Assembly: GCA_900542615.1 (NCBI GenBank)
Contig: UQOG01000001.1
Coordinates: 22,668-86,667, forward strand
Length of the DNA stretch: 64,000 bases
DNA from: an uncultured Eubacteriales bacterium
GTDB taxonomy: Bacteria; Bacillota; Clostridia; Christensenellales; CAG-138
Direction of reading: 5' to 3'
Shown: positions 57,255-64,000 of the stretch, in pieces
Layout: each line of letters starts with the position of its first letter
Position numbering within the stretch: the stretch's first letter is position 1
Translations under genes and position numbers: made by a program
The notes under the pieces: model-generated
Told to the model about the DNA's origin: nothing
What the model saw: only the letters and a program-made list of their open reading frames with translations
Databases searched by the model: none

Positions 57255-57304
57255 CCCAGCGGAATCTTCATAACCTTTGCCTAAGGTTATCCGCTGGGTT
57301 TTAT
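57255..57304 (+). terminator. terminator of adhesin gene
   Basis: cccagcgga...tccgctggg with inner stem ataacctt/aaggttat, followed by ttttat. Confidence 0.75.
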
Positions 57305-57354
57305 ATCGCCTCGCAAATTCGGTTTGCATTTTTATGTGGCTTACCATGGTTCTT

Positions 57355-57383
57355 TTGAAACCGCGGTATAATTATGATATAAT
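57355..57383 (+). promoter_or_regulatory. promoter of first antitoxin gene
   Basis: TTGAAA 57355-57360, N17, TATAAT 57378-57383; the spacer contains AATTATGATA, shared with the operator at 57912-57940. Confidence 0.6.
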
Positions 57384-57405
57384 AAGGCCACAAGGAGGTG
57401 TAGCT

Positions 57406-57666
57406 ATGCCGCGCATTATTCCGATCCGGGATTTAAAGAATACCGCCGCCATCTACGAGATGTGCAGCTCGTCCAAAGAGCCGATTTTTATTACCAAAAA
57501 CGGATATGGCAAGATGGTCCTTATGAGCATGGAGGCATATGAGGAACGGCTGCTCATGCAGGATGTATATGCAAAGCTTGCCGAAGCTGAGGGCGAGGTC
57601 CATGCAGGCAAAACGATAGATGCCCGAGCGGCTTTACAGGAATTGAGGGCCAAGCATGGGGTATAA
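57406..57666 (+). CDS. Phd/YefM-family antitoxin (now orphan)
   Basis: ATG 57406 after aggaggtg; IIPIRDLKN....EPIFITKNGYGKMVLMS pattern of Phd/YefM antitoxins. Confidence 0.8.
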   Translation: MPRIIPIRDLKNTAAIYEMCSSSKEPIFITKNGYGKMVLMSMEAYEERLLMQDVYAKLAEAEGEVHAGKTIDARAALQELRAKHGV

Positions 57667-57778
57667 GATTAGGGTGACGCCCCTAGGGGCCAAAGACCTA
57701 GAGGAAATCGTGACGTACATGGCCCAGGAACTGGATAGCGCCGATGGAGCAATGGAAGCCGAGCATAGATTCCGATAA
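57656..57778 (+). pseudogene. RelE/ParE-family toxin, only the first ~35 codons
   Basis: ATG 57656 overlaps the antitoxin stop; YKIRVTPLGAKDLEEIVTYMAQEL is a ParE/RelE N-terminus. The ORF ends at 57778, where similarity to the adhesin 3' end begins. Confidence 0.65.
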
Positions 57779-57870
57779 ATTCAATATGGTGATCACCATG
57801 GCCCTGACCTTGTGCCCTTGACAGCGGCATGGGCATTGCTGTGCTGGTGCGGCACAGAAGGAAGCGGTAA
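57772..57870 (+). repeat. degenerate second copy of the adhesin 3' end (compare 57127-57224)
   Basis: ccgataaattcaa..gtgatc.ccatggccctgacc...gcggtaa aligns with the last 98 nt of the adhesin gene with about 20 substitutions plus a 1-nt indel (my hand count); frame broken. Confidence 0.75.
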
Positions 57871-57902
57871 GGGTGCTGGGTGTTATTCTAAAGCTATTAG
57901 CA

Positions 57903-57940
57903 TTGAAAAACTATCATAATTATGATAAAATTATGATAGC
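57903..57940 (+). promoter_or_regulatory. promoter + palindromic operator of second TA module
   Basis: TTGAAA 57903-57908, N17, TGaTAAAAT (57923-57931). Perfect 16-bp palindrome tatcataattatgata 57912-57927 plus an extra half-site attatgata. Confidence 0.65.
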
Positions 57941-57961
57941 CTAAAAATGGAGGTGATCTAT

Positions 57962-58243
57962 GTGCCGCTGATTCGACCGGTTTCGGACTTAAGAAACCAT
58001 TTTTCAGAAATCTCAAATCAAGTACACGAAACCCAGCGACCTGTTTTCTTGACCAAAAACGGATATGCCGACATGGTGGTGATGAGCTGCGAAGCCTATG
58101 AACAGATGCAGTTTGAAAGCGAGGTGTATTGCAAGCTGCGAGAGGCTGAAATGGAAGCTGGTTCTACCGGACGGCGATTCTCCCATAAGGAGGTTTTTTC
58201 CGAATTGAGAAAGCAGCTTGAAGGCGCGTCTGCTTATGAATAA
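57962..58243 (+). CDS. Phd/YefM-family antitoxin
   Basis: Track ORF 57947-58243; GTG 57962 sits 7 nt after ggaggtga (ATG 57947 is also possible); IRPVSDLRN....RPVFLTKNGYADMVVMS. Confidence 0.8.
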   Translation: MPLIRPVSDLRNHFSEISNQVHETQRPVFLTKNGYADMVVMSCEAYEQMQFESEVYCKLREAEMEAGSTGRRFSHKEVFSELRKQLEGASAYE

Positions 58244-58553
58244 GCCATATCGGCTGCTGTATTTGCCAGCAGCACGAAAAGATATTTACGACCTTATGCT
58301 GTATATTGCAAACCAGCTCCATGCTCCTGCGTCCGCGTTGCGAATCCTTGCGGCCATGGAAACAGCCATCCAACGCCTCGGCGAATTTCCCTATGCGTTT
58401 CCCGTATACCGAACCATGAAACCTTTGGCGACGGAATATCGTATGCTACCAGTGGAAGGGTACAATGTGTTCTATACCGTGTTGGAAAAAGAAAGGGTTG
58501 TTGAAATTCATAGGGTTGTGTATGCAAAACGGAACTTGACCAAACAGCTTTAA
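58236..58553 (+). CDS. RelE/ParE-family toxin
   Basis: ATG 58236 overlapping the antitoxin 3' end; YRLLYLPAARKDIYDLMLYI...VVEIHRVVYAKRN pattern. Confidence 0.8.
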   Translation: MNKPYRLLYLPAARKDIYDLMLYIANQLHAPASALRILAAMETAIQRLGEFPYAFPVYRTMKPLATEYRMLPVEGYNVFYTVLEKERVVEIHRVVYAKRNLTKQL

Positions 58554-58567
58554 ACAAAACTCTTTAA

Positions 58568-58600
58568 GAAAACGCCGGAAAAACCGGCGTTTTCTGTTTG
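58568..58600. terminator. bidirectional terminator between toxin and nucleotidyltransferase genes
   Basis: gaaaacgccgg-aaaaa-ccggcgttttc flanked by A- and T-runs. Confidence 0.8.
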
Positions 58601-58623
58601 CAAAAAATATCTGCTGATTCCGC

Positions 58624-58917
58624 TCATTCATATAAGGGGACCACCTTTCCGGGATGGATCATGGCCTCCTGCGGAAGCGGCGCATGGAGCACGTCTACGG
58701 CAACGCCAAGCTGTGCTTCCAAGTCCTGCTGCAATGCGGCCAAGGTAAGCAATGATACTGCCGGTTCTCTGAACTCCACCAGTAGATCAATATCGCTGGC
58801 AGCGGTTTGCCGTCCCTCCGCATAGGAGCCAAAAAGGGATACTTTTTTTATGGAATAGCGGGGCGCTACCGCTAAAATTCCGCAGCGGATATCTTCCAAT
58901 CCCGGCACGTCCATCAC
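58624..58917 (-). CDS. MNT-type nucleotidyltransferase-domain protein (solitary)
   Basis: LFGSYAEG....SDIDLLV = GS-X10-DXD minimal nucleotidyltransferase motif; no HepT/DUF86 partner adjacent. Confidence 0.78.
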   Translation of the reverse strand: MMDVPGLEDIRCGILAVAPRYSIKKVSLFGSYAEGRQTAASDIDLLVEFREPAVSLLTLAALQQDLEAQLGVAVDVLHAPLPQEAMIHPGKVVPLYE

Positions 58918-58987
58918 CTCCCTATACCTTGATTATACCCTGCTTCTTAAGAAACAGAAACCATTTTCGCTTAGAAAGGATTATCCT

Positions 58988-61255
58988 ATGGATCAATTAG
59001 ACAGACGCACAAAATTGCTGATCGTGGGCGGGGTTTGCCTGCTGCTGGTGATCGGGATCATCGTGCTGGCAGTATCCTGCAATGCAGCCCGGCAAAAGGA
59101 GCCGGAACCCACGCCTGTGGTAGATATTAACCCAATACCGGAAAGCACGCCTGCGCCAACCCAAAGCCTTGCCCCCACCGTTACACCCAGCCCTACGCCG
59201 GAGGCGGTAGCGGCTCCGGCGCTTCCCACAGCCTCCCCTGCCCCCACGCCGGAAGCAGCTGCGCCCACAGCTAAACCCGCCGTGACAACCCCGAAGCTGC
59301 CAAACAGCAGCAGTGGGTCAAACACCGCGGCTACAAACAGCACCAAGCCCAACAGCACCGCCCCTTCGGAGCAAACCAAAGCGCCTGCCACCCCTGTATT
59401 CGACTTCGGCCTGCCCGCCGCAGCCAGCGTGGGGGCCCAGGTGGTGGTGAATCCAGCCTCCCGCAATGTGACCCAGGTAAGCTGGACCGTTGGCAAGACC
59501 GGGCTTTTCGGCATCCCCACCGGCGGGACTTATCAGGGAACCCTAAACGCCAACGGCGGCAGCATTGTCTTTGACGCCCCGGGAACCTATACCCTCACCG
59601 CCACGGCAAAGAGCAGCGCCGGGGAAACCGTCACCGTATCCCAGGATATTGAGATCCTGCCGGTGGGAAAATTCGGCTTTGGCCTGCCCAAGACCGCTTA
59701 CACGGATACCGTGGTAGATGTGGAAGTGCTGGGCGGTATAGAGGGCAGCGTCACATGGCGCGTTCAGAAGGATGGTCAAGAAATGCCCCTTGCGGAAGCC
59801 TTTGCCGGAACGCTGACGGACACAGGCGGTTTTATCACCTTCCGGGAGGAAGGAATCTACACCCTGACAGGCCAAATCGACGGCGGGAAATCCTATGGGG
59901 CGGATATCGCCGTATATCCCCTTATGGAAATCCCCTTCACCGTGCCTGCCACCACCTACCGGAATACCGAAATATCGGTGGAAATGGGCGAAGCCGATCT
60001 CCAGGGACAATCCATCCAATGGAGCGTGAAGCAGAATGGCAGGGATGCGGAATACGCCGGAACTCTAACGGATGCAGGCGGCTCGATCTCCTTTGCCAGC
60101 CTGGGGGACTATCAGATCACCGCCAGCGCAGCGGATACCTATACCGGCCGGGTATTTTCCCAAACCAGGCAGATCCGGGTTGTCAACCGGCGGCCCAATG
60201 CGCCAGAGGGTACAGCCGTCGTTACCGCGCAGCGCAGCAACGGCAAGGTGCTGGTGGAATTTGCAGCCACGGCCACCGACCCGGACAGGGATGAAGTGAC
60301 GCTGGAATGGATGGGCCGGGGAGATGATTACTTCGGCGTGGGCGTTCATACCGTTCGCGTCCGGGCCCGGGACAGCGTGGGCGACGATTCTGCCTGGACG
60401 CCCGTAGCCTTTGAGGTGCCCAACGCGCCCCCGGACGCCCCCGTAGGCACTGCCACCATTCACCGGGATCAGGTGGCAAACCGAAAAGCCTTTGTCACCT
60501 TTACGGCCACCGCCACCGACCCGGACAACGATCCGGTGACATATGAATGGGATGGCCGGACGGCAGATGATTATTATCCCCTTGGCAGCCATACCGTCCG
60601 GGTTCGGGCCAGGGATAGCTTCGGCGCATACAGCCCCTGGACACAGGTGCCTTTTACCATCTCCAACCAGCCCCCAGAACGGCCTACCATCCTTCGCACG
60701 CCTTCCGCGCCCTTCATCCTACCGGGGAATACCGTCACCATCACCGCCAACGCCCTTGACCCAGATGGGGATGCGGTGGAATACGTTTGGGAAAACCGGC
60801 CCAGTGAAACCTACGCCTATCCCGAGGGTAGGCAAATCGTAAAGGTATATGCGGTAGATGCATTCGGCGCGCAAAGCCCGGCCAAGCGCATCATGTTCCT
60901 CATGGGCGATCCCAACCGGGCGGGCAACCTAATGCTCACCGGGCCGGACAGCAGCCTGTTTGAGCCGGGCATTGAGGATGCCACCCTCATTTACTATAAA
61001 TTTGTAGTGCCGCCCGTATCCGGCCATTATGGCCAGGACTTTGGCCGGGTGCGAGGATACAACCGCTTGACGGGGCAATGGGATCAGCTGGACTATGGAA
61101 CCACCAGCAACGGCATCTCCTTTGAACGAAACCTGGAGGCGGGGGTGTATACAAAGCTAGACCTGTATTACTATACCAATCACGATTGCATGTATAACAA
61201 GAGCAACATCACCTACATCGCCCTCTTCGAGTTTGACGAGCTGGAGGAGGAATGA
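58988..61255 (+). CDS. membrane-anchored surface protein with P/T/A-rich stalk, Ig-like region, three PKD-like repeats and a C-terminal beta-rich domain
   Basis: N-terminal TM (LLIVGGVCLLLVIGIIVLAV); low-complexity stalk. Three repeats contain A(T/N)A(T/L)DPD.D.V.YEW...... and HTV.VRARDS.G..S.W. Confidence 0.65.
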   Translation: MDQLDRRTKLLIVGGVCLLLVIGIIVLAVSCNAARQKEPEPTPVVDINPIPESTPAPTQSLAPTVTPSPTPEAVAAPALPTASPAPTPEAAAPTAKPAVTTPKLPNSSSGSNTAATNSTKPNSTAPSEQTKAPATPVFDFGLPAAASVGAQVVVNPASRNVTQVSWTVGKTGLFGIPTGGTYQGTLNANGGSIVFDAPGTYTLTATAKSSAGETVTVSQDIEILPVGKFGFGLPKTAYTDTVVDVEVLGGIEGSVTWRVQKDGQEMPLAEAFAGTLTDTGGFITFREEGIYTLTGQIDGGKSYGADIAVYPLMEIPFTVPATTYRNTEISVEMGEADLQGQSIQWSVKQNGRDAEYAGTLTDAGGSISFASLGDYQITASAADTYTGRVFSQTRQIRVVNRRPNAPEGTAVVTAQRSNGKVLVEFAATATDPDRDEVTLEWMGRGDDYFGVGVHTVRVRARDSVGDDSAWTPVAFEVPNAPPDAPVGTATIHRDQVANRKAFVTFTATATDPDNDPVTYEWDGRTADDYYPLGSHTVRVRARDSFGAYSPWTQVPFTISNQPPERPTILRTPSAPFILPGNTVTITANALDPDGDAVEYVWENRPSETYAYPEGRQIVKVYAVDAFGAQSPAKRIMFLMGDPNRAGNLMLTGPDSSLFEPGIEDATLIYYKFVVPPVSGHYGQDFGRVRGYNRLTGQWDQLDYGTTSNGISFERNLEAGVYTKLDLYYYTNHDCMYNKSNITYIALFEFDELEEE

Positions 61256-61314
61256 CGCACCGGGGAAAGGGCGCTGTGCCGCCCTTTCCTCTAACCAGAA
61301 AACAGGAGAAACAT

Positions 61315-61854
61315 ATGCAAATCAATCAAGGATACAGAATTATAGAGCGCTTCCCCATAGGGGGAAAGGGCTTTGGTCTGGGGTATAATCCGGACGCCCC
61401 CAATCCATATGTGACATGGCAATATCGGGCAGATGACCCAGAGCATTATTTCTGGGGGCATTATTACAATGAAAAAGAAGCGGCGTATCAAGACTATCTG
61501 GATCGCATTGAGCAGGAAGCAGAACAATACCAAACCATAACGGGCAGTCCCTTCCCGCTCCCCAAGCTGTGCCTTACCATCCAGCCCAGCACCGGCGATA
61601 TAGTAAATATCACCCGTGGGATCAAAGGCTATTATCCCTCCGACTGGAACCAACCGGGGAACAGAACGTATAATCGTGAAGCCGCCGAAAATGCAAATCA
61701 GCAGCTGGGCGTAACCAAGGCGCAGGAAGCTGCCATGCTGGCAGGCAGTATGTTTGGCTGGGATTGTCCGGCAGCGCATCCGCAGCTATATGACGCCCAG
61801 GGGAAATTGCGCGTTCCCAATGGAAAAGAGCACCCACAGGAAAGGGGGCGCTGA
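61315..61854 (+). CDS. conserved conjugative-element hypothetical protein
   Basis: ATG 61315 after acaggaga; ..AAMLAGSMFGW.. motif; no function assigned. Confidence 0.6.
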   Translation: MQINQGYRIIERFPIGGKGFGLGYNPDAPNPYVTWQYRADDPEHYFWGHYYNEKEAAYQDYLDRIEQEAEQYQTITGSPFPLPKLCLTIQPSTGDIVNITRGIKGYYPSDWNQPGNRTYNREAAENANQQLGVTKAQEAAMLAGSMFGWDCPAAHPQLYDAQGKLRVPNGKEHPQERGR

Positions 61855-61930
61855 TGGATAAAAGATCGTTTCTGCGGCCAGGGAACGGCGTATGGATGTT
61901 GCGCGACGAGATAAACAGTAGGAGGCCCAA

Positions 61931-64000
61931 ATGACCAGGAAAGCAAACGCCATATCCACATTGGCCCGGGAGACCATGGCGCGGATCGTGGGCAGCCCGG
62001 CAGAATGGGAATCGTTCCTTCGATCCGCCGCGCGGATGTACAAATACGCCTTCCCAGAACAGGTTCTCATCTATGCCCAGCGCCCAAACGCCACCGCCTG
62101 CGCCACGCTGGAGCAGTGGAACCGGTGCCGCTACCGCCGCTGGGTCAAGCCGGGGGCCGTGGGCATCGCCCTCCTGGAGGATACAGGCCCGCAGCTTGGG
62201 CTGAAATATGTATTCGACCTTTCCGATACCCGGCAAACCCCATACAGCCAGCCCTTTTTCACCTGGGCATACCGGCCGGAATATGAAGAAGCGGTGCTGG
62301 AGAGCCTGGAAAACCACTTTGGCGAAGTGGAGGGGACAGGGTTTTCGCGCCGGCTCCATGCCATCGTCGGGAACCTGGTGGAAGATAACGCGGCGGAATA
62401 CGCCGCAGCCCTCCAGGGGATTGCAGCGGACAGCCACCTGGGGGATACCGATCCGCCGGTTCTCTTGGAGCTGCTAAAGCTGGCCGCAGCTCCCAGCGTG
62501 GAATATATGATCCTTTGCCGTCTGGGCCTTCCCGCAGCGCCTATCGGGGAAGGGGACATGCAGGCGGTTACCTTATTTAATACGCAGGAAACAGCCGCCC
62601 AACTGGGCGCGGTTGTAAGCGATATAGCAAAGATGGCCCTTGGCCAGATCGAGCGGACGGTGAAGTCCATAGAAAAAGAGGCCGGCACATTTGCAAAATC
62701 CGAACGGGTAACGGAAAATGAACTGGAAGAAGAAATCAAAAGGAGTGTGGGATATGGAACTGACATACCGGCAGGAGGCCAATTACCGGATTCCCGACTT
62801 GACGTTGGAACAGGAGCAGGAAGCGCCGGGCAAGTACGGGATGCTGCGCAAGCGGTACCTGAAGGAGCACCGGAAGGGGACATACGCAGGGTTATTGCTG
62901 AACGGGACGCTGCAAGCCCATCTCTTGGAGGTGGATCGGGCAGTCCGGGCCCAGGTGGAACAGACCATGCAGGAGCTGGCCAAGGCCGAGGGGGTGCGCG
63001 AGGAACAGAAAGCCCAAGACCCGCTGGCATGGACCGCCCGGATGAACAACATCCGCCAGCGGGCCGAGGAGCTGGCCATGGAGCTGATCTACAGCTAGAA
63101 GAAACCAATGAAAGGCCGGAGGCTTTGAAAAGCCCCGGCCTTTCTCTTTCCGCCCTGGCAGGGGTAGAGGAACAGATGGCCAACATCCTGGCAGCGGAGC
63201 ACCCCGGCCCCTTTGCCATCCATCAAGGGGAGATCGATCATGTGCTGCGCCGGGGCAGCGGATTCCAAAATGGCAAGCTCCGCATTTTCCTATACTACCA
63301 GCAAACGCATCCCTTGCAGGAGCGGGCTGCGTTTCTTAAAAAGGAATACGGCATAGGGGGCGGCTCCCACGTCTTTACCAATGGCCGAAAGGGGAATATC
63401 TGGTACGACGGCAAGGGCCTATGCATCAGCCAGGACAGCGGCAGCGCCTTTTCCAACCCGGATTGGCGCATATCCTGGCGCAAGGCCGCCCAGCGGATCG
63501 GGGAACTGATCGCCCAGGGCCAATATCTGACGGAAGGGGAACAGGCCCAGCTTGCGCAATATCAGGAGGCGCAACCCATAGACCGGCCCCAAACTTCACT
63601 GGAAACCATGGTCCTTGCGCAGGAGGAGCGCAGCCGTCAGCCGGGAGAATACCGGCTTTCCTTGGGGGATACGGTATTCCTCCATGGGCAGGCGCACGTC
63701 ATTCTTTCCATGGCGGGGGAGCTGGTAGAACTGACGGACCCTCAATATCCTCTCTTAACCGTGTCCTATCCGCAGGAACAGTTTATTCGCCTGGTGGGGC
63801 AGGACAAGCGAAATGACCGCCTGCTTGCGCCGGAACAGCGAAATGACCTCGGCATTCGTCCCGACGCCCTTTCTCCAGAACAGGTTTCCCCGGCTTTAGA
63901 CGGCCCGGCGCCGGATTCCAAGCAGAAACGCACCCCGAAAACAACGGCCGCGCGGAATTTTGATAGGCTCATGGCCCTTGCGCCCGAGCTTCTCACCGGG
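61931..64000 (+). CDS. large conjugative-element ORF (ArdC-N-like N-terminus, low-complexity linker, polyvalent-protein-like continuation); 3' end outside window
   Basis: Not in the supplied track because it has no stop in the window. I translated it by hand: ATG 61931, 5 nt after aggagg, then 690 sense codons to position 64000. N-terminus ..YKYAFPEQVLIYAQRPNATACATLEQWN..WVKPGAVGIALL.. resembles ArdC/DUF1738-type ssDNA-binding domains (tentative). Whether it is one protein or several cistrons is unresolved (see findings). Confidence 0.55.
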   Translation, partial: MTRKANAISTLARETMARIVGSPAEWESFLRSAARMYKYAFPEQVLIYAQRPNATACATLEQWNRCRYRRWVKPGAVGIALLEDTGPQLGLKYVFDLSDTRQTPYSQPFFTWAYRPEYEEAVLESLENHFGEVEGTGFSRRLHAIVGNLVEDNAAEYAAALQGIAADSHLGDTDPPVLLELLKLAAAPSVEYMILCRLGLPAAPIGEGDMQAVTLFNTQETAAQLGAVVSDIAKMALGQIERTVKSIEKEAGTFAKSERVTENELEEEIKRSVGYGTDIPAGGQLPDSRLDVGTGAGSAGQVRDAAQAVPEGAPEGDIRRVIAERDAASPSLGGGSGSPGPGGTDHAGAGQGRGGARGTESPRPAGMDRPDEQHPPAGRGAGHGADLQLEETNERPEALKSPGLSLSALAGVEEQMANILAAEHPGPFAIHQGEIDHVLRRGSGFQNGKLRIFLYYQQTHPLQERAAFLKKEYGIGGGSHVFTNGRKGNIWYDGKGLCISQDSGSAFSNPDWRISWRKAAQRIGELIAQGQYLTEGEQAQLAQYQEAQPIDRPQTSLETMVLAQEERSRQPGEYRLSLGDTVFLHGQAHVILSMAGELVELTDPQYPLLTVSYPQEQFIRLVGQDKRNDRLLAPEQRNDLGIRPDALSPEQVSPALDGPAPDSKQKRTPKTTAARNFDRLMALAPELLTG
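62754..63098 (+). CDS. tnpV: TnpV-family protein, nested in the +1 frame of ORF 61931->
   Basis: ATG 62754, 6 nt after aaggag (62742-62747); MELTYRQE.NYRIPDLTL...YGMLRKRYLKEHR...AWTARMNNIRQRAEE...ELIYS is the TnpV signature; G/C-rich third positions in this frame. Confidence 0.8.
   Translation: MELTYRQEANYRIPDLTLEQEQEAPGKYGMLRKRYLKEHRKGTYAGLLLNGTLQAHLLEVDRAVRAQVEQTMQELAKAEGVREEQKAQDPLAWTARMNNIRQRAEELAMELIYS
63110..63150 (+). terminator. hairpin + T-rich tail immediately after tnpV stop (inside ORF 61931->)
   Basis: gaaaggccgg (63110-63119) pairs with ccggcctttc (63135-63144), with an inner stem ggcttt/aaagcc, then tctctttcc. Confidence 0.5.

Noticed and set aside
59090-59400. P/T/A/S-rich low-complexity stretch at the start of gene 58988.
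   Set aside because: It is interpreted as a flexible stalk or linker of a surface protein, not as a separate feature or nucleotide repeat array.
1-64000. Search by eye for tRNA/rRNA genes, CRISPR arrays, integrase/recombinase genes and reverse transcriptases.
   Set aside because: None was found in this window. The absence of a recombinase means the ICE call rests on backbone genes (parA/parB, adhesin, tnpV, polyvalent-type ORF), and its right end must lie beyond 64000.

Overview
All calls come from reading the sequence and the supplied ORF track by hand. No searches were run, so family names are motif-level recognition from memory.

The window looks like a high-G+C Gram-positive (Clostridia-like) chromosome. 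This is inferred from lipobox lipoproteins, a PPKTG sorting signal, and glycyl-radical and ICE gene content. No tRNA, rRNA or CRISPR array was seen.

Layout:
1. 1-5.2 kb: sugar and redox housekeeping genes.
2. About 5.2-17.25 kb: a visibly AT-richer mosaic island.
   - It starts at an ISL3 transposase remnant and has removed the 5' ends of both flanking divergent genes (a PNPOx-family gene and a glycyl-radical enzyme).
   - It carries a tightly packed 9-gene minus-strand operon: aldo/keto reductase, RibD_C-like reductase, flavin reductase, two exported flavodoxin-like lipoproteins, DUF4405, DUF362, a permease and esterases.
   - The operon sits behind a textbook MerR-type promoter with a 19-bp spacer.
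3. 17.25-35.2 kb:
   - glycyl-radical enzyme remnant, intact activase and a ROK-like protein;
   - a LytS-type two-component system;
   - a BMP-type ABC transporter;
   - a PucR / NCS1 permease / DUF917 / hydantoinase cluster.
4. 35.6-45.7 kb: a surface and secreted-protein hot spot.
   - A 500-bp near-identical direct repeat creates two paralogues, one with a PPKTG anchor.
   - A CAP+SH3 protein is present.
   - A family of paralogous lipoproteins is decaying through poly-G frameshifts, an in-frame stop, a low-GC vanZ-like insertion and an IS-associated truncation.
5. 45.7-47.5 kb: a degraded junction with an IS1182-like remnant and a truncated polysaccharide deacetylase.
6. 47.5-64 kb: the left part of a conjugative element.
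   - Genes: AAA ATPase cargo, parA, parB, a giant SpaA/Cna-B-repeat adhesin, toxin-antitoxin modules, an orphan nucleotidyltransferase, a PKD-repeat protein, tnpV and a large polyvalent-type ORF.

The most unusual observation is that a complete tnpV gene, with its own SD, start, stop and following hairpin, lies in the +1 frame inside an ORF that stays open from 61931 to the window end. The supplied track does not list this ORF.
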